Assembly (NCBI GenBank): GCA_040772485.1
Contig: JAXGYC010000007.1
Location: 128,001 to 192,000 of the forward strand
Source of the DNA: Sedimentisphaerales bacterium
Lineage (GTDB): Bacteria > Planctomycetota > Phycisphaerae > Sedimentisphaerales > Anaerobacaceae
Length of the DNA stretch: 64,000 nt
Reading direction: 5' to 3'
How positions within the stretch are numbered: the stretch's first letter is position 1; each line of letters starts with the position of its first letter. The notes under the pieces are model-generated. The model was not told where the DNA came from and made no database searches. It worked only from the letters and a program-made list of their open reading frames with translations. This document shows, one piece after another, positions 18,241 through 27,991 of this stretch. Position numbers and translations under genes: made by a program.

Positions 18241-19911
18241 CTATTGCAGCCGGGCATCCCAGACCTCATAGACGTCCGTCCCCGCCTGCCGAGCGGAGCA
18301 TCGAATCCAGACCTGCTTGTCCATCCCGTTGGTGTTGGTGTACTGAACGGACAGATCCTGCCAGTAATACCGACCACGAGGATCCGGAATCAAAGCGGAC
18401 GCCAGGGCCAGCGCGCCCGCATCGACCAACGGATCCGCACGCACATCGATCAGCTCCAGGCGAGGCGCCCAGAGTTCGTGCCTGTCGAGGATGAGGATCT
18501 TGCCCGACACGTCCAGCGTCTGGCCCGGCCCAATCGTAATCAGCTCCTGTCGGAAACACGGCGCGGCCGAGTTGGAGCAGATGTGCCTGTAGCTGGTCGC
18601 ATATCCTGGAGGCGCTGTATCCGTTTCGGAAATCACCACGCCGCCCCGTGTCCATGCCTTGAACGCATCGGCCACCCCATCGTGATCATAGCTAGCGACA
18701 TAGGTCCACAGCGGCACGTTGTCTGTGTCGTAGTCGTAATTCTCCGTCATACTGCCGAAGAGGGTGTTATACGCCGAGATGGAGACGACGCGCCGCAGAT
18801 CGTAACTGTTGCCGACAAAGACAGCGTCCCGGATCGTGTGTGCGCCGGCGAAAATCCCGGTGCCACACCCTTCAATCGTTCCGGACACCATGCAACTGGC
18901 GCCTTGATTGACGCCGCTGGTACATCCCGCGATGGTGCCCCGGATCGCGCACCCGGACGGATTCGTGACACCGTAGGTGCATCCCGAGATGGTACCCGAG
19001 ACCGCGCAGCCGGAAGGATTGTTGACGCCGTAGGTACACCCGGAGATCGCGCCGCAGACGGTACACCCGGAGGGATTGACGACACCATAGGTGCACCCCG
19101 AGATGGTGCCCGACACAAGGCTACCCGACGGCACCCCAACCGCGTGCAGACAATCCGTGATCTCGCAAGCCAGCACACCTCCTCTCATATATCGGACCGC
19201 ATACTCGGTCGATCCGACGATCCGTATGTTCCGGCTGACAAGGACAAGCAGAGCGCCGCGTCCCTTGTCGGCGGCCAGGCTGGCATCCAGGGTCACAGTG
19301 TTCGATGTGACTCCAGCGGCGCCGATCGCCCGCTTCTCGGAGTCCGGCACACGACCGGAAACGGCATCAATTCGAACGATCTGGCCGGGCGTCCACATGT
19401 CGCCGGCAACATCCGTGTCAACAGACAGCTCCGTTTGCCCCGCCACCTCGTCCTCCGACAGGGCAATGACGGGATGCATCGGTTCGGCACAATGCAGGTT
19501 CAGAACCAGCCCGGACTGGCACTCAAAACTGCTGGGGGTTGTGGCAAAGTCGAACGTCATCGAACAGGTGAGTGGATACGCCGTTTCAGCCGATCCGCAA
19601 TGGATCGTGCCGGTCCCACCGATGTCTGCACCGGTCTTGAGACAGTACGTGCCAGCCGCTGTGCTACAGCGGATCGTGCCGTTGCACGTCAGCCCTGCAA
19701 TGCCGTCGACCCAGCCGGACATGTCTACATCGAAGAGGACGACGTCCCCGACCAAAATGGTCACACTGTCACCGGGGCCCGGCACAACTGCCCCGGCCCA
19801 AGTCGTTGTCTCCGACCACTTGCCGCCTCCTGTTCCGTTGGACGAGATCGCCGCTGCATGGCAAACATCAGCCAGCGACAACAGACACACAAGCATACGT
19901 AGCTTCATCAT
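18241..19911 (-). CDS. Secreted protein with G8-like N-terminus and Cys-rich right-handed beta-helix repeats
   Basis: Signal peptide MMKLRMLVCLLSLADVCHA; GKWSETTTWAGAVVPGPGDSVTI; about five 19-aa GTISGCTYGVxNPSGC repeats. Confidence 0.7.
   Translation of the reverse strand: MMKLRMLVCLLSLADVCHAAAISSNGTGGGKWSETTTWAGAVVPGPGDSVTILVGDVVLFDVDMSGWVDGIAGLTCNGTIRCSTAAGTYCLKTGADIGGTGTIHCGSAETAYPLTCSMTFDFATTPSSFECQSGLVLNLHCAEPMHPVIALSEDEVAGQTELSVDTDVAGDMWTPGQIVRIDAVSGRVPDSEKRAIGAAGVTSNTVTLDASLAADKGRGALLVLVSRNIRIVGSTEYAVRYMRGGVLACEITDCLHAVGVPSGSLVSGTISGCTYGVVNPSGCTVCGAISGCTYGVNNPSGCAVSGTISGCTYGVTNPSGCAIRGTIAGCTSGVNQGASCMVSGTIEGCGTGIFAGAHTIRDAVFVGNSYDLRRVVSISAYNTLFGSMTENYDYDTDNVPLWTYVASYDHDGVADAFKAWTRGGVVISETDTAPPGYATSYRHICSNSAAPCFRQELITIGPGQTLDVSGKILILDRHELWAPRLELIDVRADPLVDAGALALASALIPDPRGRYYWQDLSVQYTNTNGMDKQVWIRCSARQAGTDVYEVWDARLQ
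18860..19110 (-). repeat. 57-bp coding tandem repeat (about 4.5 units)
   Basis: Units start at 19110, 19053, 18996, 18939 and 18882 (GTISGCTYGV, GAISGCTYGV, GTISGCTYGV, GTIAGCTSGV, GTIEGCGTGI). Confidence 0.85.
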
Positions 19912-20069
19912 ACACCCTCCCATCTCGTGTTCATGCACATGCAAGAACTCGGTGGAACTTCCCAAGAAATTAGCCTCTTTCATGGAAGCTACCCTGCGAA
20001 GAGCATTGGCCATAGCACCACGCCACCTTTCTGTCCCCCCTCACTTCATCAGACAACTTTCGCTTGCCT

Positions 20070-21602
20070 TTACCCGGACACGTGCAGGGTGTGCTCCGAG
20101 GGATCCACAGAGATATTCGATCCGGACGCGTCGTTTTGACTCCGCAAATCCGGAATAGCCCAGAGCATCGCTGATCTGTGCTCGTCAACAAGACGGCTGA
20201 ACAAAGCCGCCCTGTGGCTGGCCGACTCGAGAGAACCACTTACGAACACGGCAATCTCAAATTCCGCCGAACTCCCCGCCCGCGCCGTACTGACGGGGAA
20301 ACCCATGGTGACAATGCAGGAGGATTCGACCGGAATGCTTCTCTCTCGCCAGATTCGGGTGTCGAGATTTCCTTCGCTGTCCCTCATCATCAGGGAAACC
20401 CAGGCAAAATTGAGGCCCTTGCCAGCATCACAGACGGCCTGCCACCATTCAGTGCCACGCCGAGCGCGCCGGAACTGCAGTTCCAACTCCTCAAACACCT
20501 GCTGCTCCCGCTTCTCCTGCCGAGCCAACGCCTGCTTGCCCTCCAAAGCGCTAAACATCTGGCGCAGATGCACTGCTCCGACGACGCGGAACAGCAACAG
20601 AACCAGCAGCAGAATACAGGCGAATACTACCAGCGCCCCGACGTCCCGGCGGACCATCATGAACAGCCCCAGACCCGTGGCCACGCACGTGGAGAAATAG
20701 ATCGCCAGGACTGCGTGACGCTGCTTGAGGCCCAGATCGATCAATCGGTGATGGAAGTGGCTGCGGTCCGGTGCGAACAGCGACCGCCGTTCAAGAAACC
20801 GCCGCAGAATCGCAAAGAACGTGTCGAAGATCGGGATGCCTAAGGCCAGAATGGGCAGGGCCAGTCCAACCAGAGCCGACGATTTTGTCAGGCACATCGC
20901 ACTGGAAGCGGCAATCGTAAATCCCACAAACAGGCTTCCGCAGTCGCCCATGAAGATCTTGGCCGGATTGAAGTTGTAGAACAAAAAACCGCTGAGGCCG
21001 CCGAGAAGGGCCAACATGAACACCGCCATCACCCGATTCTCGCTGTAGATCGCGAAGACCGCAATCACGGCACAGGCCACAGCGGACACGCCGGCCGCCA
21101 ATCCATCGAGACCGTCGCTGAGATTCACGGCGTTCGTGATGCCGATGATCCAAAGGATAGTCAGTGGCGCGCCCCACGGCCCGAGTGGGAGCACGCATCC
21201 ATCCACTATCTCCAGAGCCGAAACGCGAACGCCGACGCCGCACAGCAACGTTGCCGCTAGGACCTCTACCACCAGCTTGATCCTCGCGGGCAGTCCTCTC
21301 AGATCGTCTACAAGGCCCACCAGAAAAATGAGCGTCGCCATTCCCAGCAGCGTGCTCACCTGAATGCTCACCCGCCGGAAGGCATCGCCGACTTGGTTGT
21401 CCAATAACAGAACCACCAAGATCAGGCAGATCGCCGAGACGAAGATTGCGACTCCCCCAATGCGAGGCACCGGCTGAGTATGGACCGTGCGGACCCCCGG
21501 CCGGTCGACCGCGTCGATGCGGCGCGCCAAGGCGATTACCGCCGGCGTGACGGCCAGCGCCAAAACCAATGAACCGAACCATACGGAGAAATACGTCGTC
21601 AT
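20070..21602 (-). CDS. wecA: WecA/MraY-family undecaprenyl-phosphate HexNAc-1-P transferase with C-terminal extension
   Basis: VPRIGG, GLVDD, NAVNLSDGLDGLA, NFNPAKIFMGDCGS, DRSHFHH. Confidence 0.9.
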   Translation of the reverse strand: MTTYFSVWFGSLVLALAVTPAVIALARRIDAVDRPGVRTVHTQPVPRIGGVAIFVSAICLILVVLLLDNQVGDAFRRVSIQVSTLLGMATLIFLVGLVDDLRGLPARIKLVVEVLAATLLCGVGVRVSALEIVDGCVLPLGPWGAPLTILWIIGITNAVNLSDGLDGLAAGVSAVACAVIAVFAIYSENRVMAVFMLALLGGLSGFLFYNFNPAKIFMGDCGSLFVGFTIAASSAMCLTKSSALVGLALPILALGIPIFDTFFAILRRFLERRSLFAPDRSHFHHRLIDLGLKQRHAVLAIYFSTCVATGLGLFMMVRRDVGALVVFACILLLVLLLFRVVGAVHLRQMFSALEGKQALARQEKREQQVFEELELQFRRARRGTEWWQAVCDAGKGLNFAWVSLMMRDSEGNLDTRIWRERSIPVESSCIVTMGFPVSTARAGSSAEFEIAVFVSGSLESASHRAALFSRLVDEHRSAMLWAIPDLRSQNDASGSNISVDPSEHTLHVSG

Positions 21603-21679
21603 GAGGTCACCTGTGCGCCCCTGCTGCAGTTACCCGAGGCCAAGACCGGCTGTGAGAATACCGTCACGGCTCACGATCG

Positions 21680-22675
21680 TCAGATGTGGATCTCCTCCAC
21701 CGGCTCGATCAGCAGAGGCGGCATGTGCTGATAGCGGGTCGTGGCGCGTTTGGTGTCGATATCCCGATAGACGCGTTCCACCTGCTCGGTCTGCAAAGAC
21801 AGGACTTCCGCTATCTCCTCCGGGGTCATGCCGTGGTTCTTGCCGTACAGGCACACGTCCAGGACGTGATGCGGTACGGAGAAGTAGAACTCCTCCTGAT
21901 CCTGAGACAGCGAATAGGTGTCCGTGGTGGGAGGCCGGTCACAGATATCTTTGGGCAGCCCGAGGAACGCCGCCATCTGGTAGACCTGCGTCTTGTACAG
22001 GTGGGCAATGGGTTTGACGTCGGCCGCGCCGTCGCCCAGCTTGACGAAGAAGCCCTGATCGTACTCCTGCCGGTTGGGCGTGCCGGTGACGGCATAATTG
22101 CGCCGGTCGGCGTGGAAATACTCCAACATCTTGCGAATGCGCTGTTTGAAATTGGTCGCCGCGACAATCTGCAAGTAGGCGCTGACCGGCAGCCGGGCCT
22201 GCGTCTGCCGTCCGTCGGGTGACTCAACCACGACCGAGAACACTCGCAAATGCTCGGCTGTCAACAGCGACGGCAACACGATCTTGCACTTGTACCCCTG
22301 ATCGTACTCGGGGATCACGCTGCGAATAGCTTCATCGCGATAACGATAGCACCCGACGACATTGAGCATCTCCGTGATGTCCTGGTATTCACACTCGATA
22401 CCCAGATGATCCACAATCAAGCGACTGAGCCGCAATGTCTCCGTCGACGAGTCCTTTTCCGGCAGCAACAGCCCGAACACCCGCTCCGGCCCCAGCGCCC
22501 GCACGCACAGGCCGCCGACCACACTGCTGTCGATACCCCCCGAGAAGGCGACCACGACGCCGCGTCTCTTGAGTTTGTCGCGCAGAGACTCACGCAAACG
22601 CTGCATGATCCGCTCCGCTTCCCGTTCACAGTCCAGCCGCAGACCACTCCAGGACGCCACCTTCTCCATCAGCAT
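21680..22675 (-). CDS. nadE: NH3-dependent NAD synthetase-like protein (polysaccharide-cluster type)
   Basis: FSGGIDSS, ATNFKQRIRK, GTPNRQE, GFFVKLGDG, HLYKTQVY; no glutaminase domain. Confidence 0.85.
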   Translation of the reverse strand: MLMEKVASWSGLRLDCEREAERIMQRLRESLRDKLKRRGVVVAFSGGIDSSVVGGLCVRALGPERVFGLLLPEKDSSTETLRLSRLIVDHLGIECEYQDITEMLNVVGCYRYRDEAIRSVIPEYDQGYKCKIVLPSLLTAEHLRVFSVVVESPDGRQTQARLPVSAYLQIVAATNFKQRIRKMLEYFHADRRNYAVTGTPNRQEYDQGFFVKLGDGAADVKPIAHLYKTQVYQMAAFLGLPKDICDRPPTTDTYSLSQDQEEFYFSVPHHVLDVCLYGKNHGMTPEEIAEVLSLQTEQVERVYRDIDTKRATTRYQHMPPLLIEPVEEIHI

Positions 22676-22690
22676 GTTCTTCGTTCTCCT

Positions 22691-24328
22691 CTAATCCCTC
22701 ACGGTTTGTAGTTCGCGTCGGTCGATCTTGCCCCGCTCGGTCCTCGGCAGAGCCGGGACGAATTCGACGTATTTCGGCACCATCAGCGGCTCCAGGAGGC
22801 GCGCACAATGCCTCAGGATGTCCCTCTCCTCCAGGTTGGCCCGACCGTCGACGACAAACACCTTGATCGCCTGGCCCAGCACATTGTCGGGGACGCCGAC
22901 GGCCGCAGCTTCCACCACGCCCTCCAGCTCACAGACCACATCCTCGATCTCTTTGGGACTGACGCGTTCGCCGCGCGTCTTGATCATGTCATCCTTTCGC
23001 CCCTGGAAATAGAGGTACCCTTGTTCGTCGGTCCTGAAGAAGTCGCCGGAGTGCAGCCAGCGCGAGGCCGGATAGTCTCCTCGGCGGAAGACGCCATCCG
23101 ACAGCGACGGAGAATTCCAGTAGCCCTGCATGACGTTCGAGCCCCGTATAATCAGCTCGCCGACCTGGCCCGGCCGGACCTCGTTGCCGTCGGAATCCAC
23201 GATGCGCACCTCGCAGTTGGGCATCGGCCGTCCGACGGAGGCCGGCCGTTCGTCCAGCTCCGGCCCGGACAGATAGCACACTCTCACGCACTCAGTCAGC
23301 CCGTACATGTTGAAAATCGTCGCATGCGGCGCCAATCGGCGCAGGCGGCGAAGGTGTCCTACCGGCAGAGCGGCGCCGGCGCTGGTGATATAACGCAACG
23401 TGCTGAAATCATACTCCTCGATGTTCTCCATGCGCAAAAGCATGGCCGCCATACTGGGCACCAAAGGAAACCCGGTGACCTTCTCCTCGGCGATGCGGCT
23501 CAGCAAAACATGCGGATAAAGAAACGAACGCTCCAGAACCACCGTGGCCCCGACCATGCACGAGATCAGGACCTGATAGAGACCGTAGCCGAACGACAAC
23601 GGCAGCACGTCGAGCAGGACGTCGCGCTCCGAATTGCCAATGTACTGAATGATGCTCTTGGCGGCGGCGATCATATCGCGATGCGTGCACGTGACTCCCT
23701 TGGCTTTGCCCGTCGTGGCCGACGTATAGATGATCGCCGCGAGATCCAGGTCGATGCAGCGAGGAAGCCGGCCGCAGGCAGCCTGGCCCGCCTGAATGTC
23801 CAAGCCGCTGCATGCCGGAAACAGCGCTTCCCAGCTCACACTCGAAACCCCGTCAGGCAGCCCCATCGCCGGTTGGCCGTCCACCCACACGACCTTCAAG
23901 TCCCCGTGCCAGCCTTGCAGCGCATCGGCGAGGACTCGTCCCTGGGCGGCCCGAGCCACCAGGACGCGTGCGCCGGAATCCTCCAGCACATGCCGCAGAC
24001 GACGCGACCTGGAGTTGCTCTCCAACAGCACGAACGCCGCGCCGGCCTTGAGCGCTCCGAACAGGCAAACCACGGTCTCGGCACAATTGCCCAAGAGCAC
24101 GACCAGCCGGTCGTGTCTTTGAACCCCAAGATCGACCAATGCGGCCGAAAGACAGTCTACGGAGGCGTTGAGCCGCTGATACGACCAGCGATCCTGACCG
24201 CACACCAGGGCATCCTTTGACGCAAACCGCTCGGCCGCCCGCGACAGCCACTGGTGCAGTAAGACGGGATCCAACTCCATGGCACTGCTGCTTTCCATTG
24301 TGAGATCGGAGAAGATCGGCGAAGACAT
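22691..24328 (-). CDS. Class I adenylate-forming enzyme (AMP-binding ligase)
   Basis: IIYTSATTGKAKG, MYGLTEC, HSGD, GRKDDMIK, GERVSPKEIE, PRTERGKIDR; start uncertain (24328 or slightly downstream). Confidence 0.9.
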   Translation of the reverse strand: MSSPIFSDLTMESSSAMELDPVLLHQWLSRAAERFASKDALVCGQDRWSYQRLNASVDCLSAALVDLGVQRHDRLVVLLGNCAETVVCLFGALKAGAAFVLLESNSRSRRLRHVLEDSGARVLVARAAQGRVLADALQGWHGDLKVVWVDGQPAMGLPDGVSSVSWEALFPACSGLDIQAGQAACGRLPRCIDLDLAAIIYTSATTGKAKGVTCTHRDMIAAAKSIIQYIGNSERDVLLDVLPLSFGYGLYQVLISCMVGATVVLERSFLYPHVLLSRIAEEKVTGFPLVPSMAAMLLRMENIEEYDFSTLRYITSAGAALPVGHLRRLRRLAPHATIFNMYGLTECVRVCYLSGPELDERPASVGRPMPNCEVRIVDSDGNEVRPGQVGELIIRGSNVMQGYWNSPSLSDGVFRRGDYPASRWLHSGDFFRTDEQGYLYFQGRKDDMIKTRGERVSPKEIEDVVCELEGVVEAAAVGVPDNVLGQAIKVFVVDGRANLEERDILRHCARLLEPLMVPKYVEFVPALPRTERGKIDRRELQTVRD

Positions 24329-24350
24329 TCGCAATCGCCGACGGAGAATG

Positions 24351-26399
24351 TCATTTGTGCGAAGCGATCGGTACTTCGGCCCTCTGCGGCAAGCGAGAAG
24401 GAGTCTCTGCAATGGCCGGTCGCACACCCGAACGCCTGTCGACGACGATGTCAAGCTGGGCGAGGGGAATTGCCTGCGTGCAGAACTCCTCCACAAACTG
24501 CTGATGGATGATCTGCGACGACAGGATGCCCGCCAGGGCCATGCTGTCAACCTCTCCCGGATCGGACACCGTCCGCATCTTCTTGAGAAGTCTGTCCACT
24601 TTGTCGGCGTCGAACAGCCCTGCCGATGCAATCGCCCTGGGGCTGAGCACTTCCATCACGCGGTCCCTATTGGCCTGGCTCAAAAGGCCGCAGACGATCG
24701 GCGCACGGTAGGGTTGCTTGCTCCGCCGGCAGATGCTTTCCGGCAGAAGCGGCGCCAGGACCTTCTTGAGGAGGTACTTCTCGTTCAGGCCCAGCAGTTT
24801 CCAGCGGGACGGGACGCGGGCCATGAACTCGATGAGGCGATAGTCCAGGAACGGCAGCCGAATCTCCACCGAATTGGCCATCGCCACCCTGTCACCCTGC
24901 GACGAGAGAAGGTAATTGCTCAGGAAGAGCTTCGTCTCGAGATACTGCGCTTTGGCCACAGCATCCAGGGGACCGAATCCCGCCGGCAGGCTCGCGCGGA
25001 TTTCTTCATAGACATCAGCGGAGGCGACGGCCGACTGGAGTTCTGCCGCAAAAAACGCCTTGATCCGGCTGGTGTTCCGCCATCGGACCATGTGCGAGAA
25101 GAGCGGGTCGTCATATTGAGCCAGACCGGAACCGAAAAAGGAGTTGAGAAAACTCTTCGCTCGTTCCTCCCGAAAGACGTAGCCGTAGAGCTGGCCGACC
25201 AGCGCCGCCCGAGCGCTGGAAGCCGGCTGCCGCGCCCAGAACTGCCGGACCTTGGCTTCCTTGAAGATGTTATATCCTCCGAAAATCTCGTCGGCTCCTT
25301 CGCCCGTCAGAACAACCTTCAGACCGCTGTCCCGGACCGCCCTGGACAACATCAACAGAGGCACGGGGGCGGTACGCAGGACGGGCTTCTCGGCGTGCCA
25401 GAGCATCTCGGCGAACGAAGTGCCGATCCCCGGCGTCGATGCTCGGACTTCCCGGTGATGGGTGCCGAGAAGGGCGGCCATCGTCTGCTGGTGGGGTCCC
25501 TCGTCGAAGGCCTCCTGCTCGAAACGGATGCCAAACGTGCTCAGATCCGCGTTGAATCGGCGGGCCGTCAGTGCGGCGATGCCGGAAGAATCCAGCCCGC
25601 CGCTGAGATAGCAGCCCACCGGAACATCGGCGCGCAGGCGAACGCGCACGGCGTCCACCAGAAGCTCACGAACGGTCTCGACAATCGCGTCTGCCGGCTG
25701 GTCCAACTGCTCGGACCGAGGGCAGACCGGGATATCCCAGTACCTACGAATCCGCATACCCGCCTGCGAGACCTGCAGGAAGTGCCCGGGCGGCAGTTCG
25801 TGAACGCCCTGAAACACGGTGCGTCCGGGCAGGACCGTCCAGAACGTGAACACCTGATTGACCGCTTCCGGATCGATCCGGCGAGGCACCTCGGGGACCG
25901 CAAAGATGGATTTCACCTCGGAGGCAAAGATCAGCCGGCCCTCGTGGACGGTGTAATGCAACGGACGAATCCCCACGCGGTCGCGGGCCAGGAACAGTTC
26001 CTGCCGGCGGCTGTCCCAGATGGCCAAGCCGAACTGGCCGTTGAGCCGTGCCAGACACTCGGGGCCTTCCTGCTCGTACAGGTGAAGCAGAACCTCCGTA
26101 TCCGATGTCGTGTAGAAGCGATGGCCCTGCCGCACCAATTGCTCCTTCAATTCCGGGTAGTTGAAGATCTCCCCGTTGTAGACGATCCAGAGCGTCTGGT
26201 CTTCATTGTGGATCGGCTGGCCCCCGCCCGCCAGGTCGATGATGCTCAGCCGCACGTGCCCCAGCCCAATCCGGTCGTCGAGGTAGACCCCCGCCTCATC
26301 CGGCCCCCGATACCGAATCGTCCCCATCATCCGCGCTAGCGTCTGGGTGTCGATATCCTTCGCGGCTTCGAGCTTGCAGATCCCAACAATTCCGCACAT
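24351..26399 (-). CDS. asnB: Asparagine synthase-like amidotransferase (copy 2)
   Basis: MCGIVG, YRGPD, RLSIIDL, YNGEIFNY, LSGGLDSS, GEGADE, GDRVAMANSVEIRLPFLD. Confidence 0.93.
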   Translation of the reverse strand: MCGIVGICKLEAAKDIDTQTLARMMGTIRYRGPDEAGVYLDDRIGLGHVRLSIIDLAGGGQPIHNEDQTLWIVYNGEIFNYPELKEQLVRQGHRFYTTSDTEVLLHLYEQEGPECLARLNGQFGLAIWDSRRQELFLARDRVGIRPLHYTVHEGRLIFASEVKSIFAVPEVPRRIDPEAVNQVFTFWTVLPGRTVFQGVHELPPGHFLQVSQAGMRIRRYWDIPVCPRSEQLDQPADAIVETVRELLVDAVRVRLRADVPVGCYLSGGLDSSGIAALTARRFNADLSTFGIRFEQEAFDEGPHQQTMAALLGTHHREVRASTPGIGTSFAEMLWHAEKPVLRTAPVPLLMLSRAVRDSGLKVVLTGEGADEIFGGYNIFKEAKVRQFWARQPASSARAALVGQLYGYVFREERAKSFLNSFFGSGLAQYDDPLFSHMVRWRNTSRIKAFFAAELQSAVASADVYEEIRASLPAGFGPLDAVAKAQYLETKLFLSNYLLSSQGDRVAMANSVEIRLPFLDYRLIEFMARVPSRWKLLGLNEKYLLKKVLAPLLPESICRRSKQPYRAPIVCGLLSQANRDRVMEVLSPRAIASAGLFDADKVDRLLKKMRTVSDPGEVDSMALAGILSSQIIHQQFVEEFCTQAIPLAQLDIVVDRRSGVRPAIAETPSRLPQRAEVPIASHK

Positions 26400-26506
26400 A
26401 CGGATTCAGCCCTGCTGCAACCGGCCACAGAACGTGGTGTATCGATCCGACCCCGGCCTGATCGACGACGGACTCAGGCAATGACTGGCGATGACACGGA
26501 CACCCC

Positions 26507-27472
26507 CTACTCCTGCCCGTCAAGCCAGCTCCGGCCCAGGAAGGCAAGATCGCGAAGATCCACCTGTCCATCGCCATCGAGATCGGCCACCCCGGCCTGC
26601 CCTGGGGCGCCCGACCATCCGGCCAACCTCGCAAAGAGCCACCAGGCCGCGTACGCCTTCTGATTCGCGTTGAGCGGCTCGCTGTGTGCCGAGGTGCACT
26701 GATACCAATCCACATTCACCGTGTGACGGTTCTGCCACTGACGGGCCCAGTTGCCCAGCAGCACACCCGTCCGCGATGCATAGTAGTCGCAGTTGTCGCT
26801 CGGAAACGGGTAGTACACGCTGTCGGGGTCATGGCTTTCAATGTGGGCGAAATCATACAACACCTTATTGTTGGCCCGGCAGTAATCCCGGACAACCTGG
26901 TTTGCCGCCTTGTTGTTTGCATCATTCCCATGATCCACATGCCCCGTCATGTACACAAAGGTGACGTGCGGGTACTCCGATTCAAGCTGGCTCATCGGAT
27001 CGATGTACTCCGACAACAATCGATCGCTGCTGTACTTGCTGCTCACCTGACCACACCACGACCACATTACGACATTGACATCCGCATTCTGCGGATCGTT
27101 CAGATAGGTCCGAGTGCTGTTAACCCACTGTGGATAATACCCAACATCGTCAATCATGGCACGATCGTGCAGATCAAGCCCGCCGTTCACCCCACCGTTG
27201 TTCCAGACGAAGATGTCTTTGGATAACGAAAGCCCTTTGCCGCCGCTGTTGGCAAACGCCACCAGCCCCGTCATTCCAGTGGTGATCTGGGAGCCGTGTG
27301 AGGTGTGGCCATAGGCAATGTGAAGATATGCCTTGGCTCTAAGGATCGCCCATTCGGGGACCTCGGTAATGTCGGTGCATGCGTGGTCAACCAAGATCGG
27401 CTCAGCACGCATCGCCGGACTCAGACCATTCAGGACACACACAATCAACAGGATAAATCGTCTGCTGCTCAT
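26507..27472 (-). CDS. Secreted SGNH-like protein with C-terminal dockerin/EF-hand-like tail
   Basis: Signal peptide; YGHTSHGSQI, MWSWCG, FVYMTG, LYDFAHIE; tail ADLDGDGQVDLRDLAFLGRSWL. Confidence 0.65.
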   Translation of the reverse strand: MSSRRFILLIVCVLNGLSPAMRAEPILVDHACTDITEVPEWAILRAKAYLHIAYGHTSHGSQITTGMTGLVAFANSGGKGLSLSKDIFVWNNGGVNGGLDLHDRAMIDDVGYYPQWVNSTRTYLNDPQNADVNVVMWSWCGQVSSKYSSDRLLSEYIDPMSQLESEYPHVTFVYMTGHVDHGNDANNKAANQVVRDYCRANNKVLYDFAHIESHDPDSVYYPFPSDNCDYYASRTGVLLGNWARQWQNRHTVNVDWYQCTSAHSEPLNANQKAYAAWWLFARLAGWSGAPGQAGVADLDGDGQVDLRDLAFLGRSWLDGQE

Positions 27473-27554
27473 GGCATTCTCCCTTTCATCACAAAAGCTC
27501 CACGACAGTCGCACATCCCTCAGCCGCGTCGTGCGACGATGGCTTGGCGACAGA

Positions 27555-27824
27555 TCAACTCGGCAATTGCACTATAGTCTTCTCCCTGACCTTCCTCGTT
27601 ACGAAATTGGACATCTTCCTCAACGTGCCGAGATTCTCCGGAATCACTTCACTATCGGTGATCTCGATGCCAAACTTCTCCTCGGCGAAGGTAATGATCT
27701 CAAGGAACCCGGTCGAATCGAGAATCCCGCCTTCCTGGAACGGTGTATCCGGCTCCAGACCCTGCCTGTCCCCGAAGAGGATATTCTCCACAATGTACTC
27801 GCGAATCTCGTCCAAGATCTCCAT
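27555..27824 (-). CDS. Stand-alone acyl/aminoacyl carrier protein (DltC-like)
   Basis: Small and acidic; GILDSTGFLEII (phosphopantetheine Ser), EEKFGIEI, PENL. Confidence 0.88.
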   Translation of the reverse strand: MEILDEIREYIVENILFGDRQGLEPDTPFQEGGILDSTGFLEIITFAEEKFGIEITDSEVIPENLGTLRKMSNFVTRKVREKTIVQLPS

Positions 27825-27991
27825 GCTACTGTCTCCCTGTTCTATTCCAGTCACAGTCCCGAGCCCAAATGATCCAGATAACCGTCTGTCGCCGCCATGT
27901 CAGGCGCATTCGATGGTCGGCCACATCTGCAGTGTTCTGTCCTGGACCTCTGCACCAGACCAGACCAGGAACTGGCCGACGGGTTCCTCAG

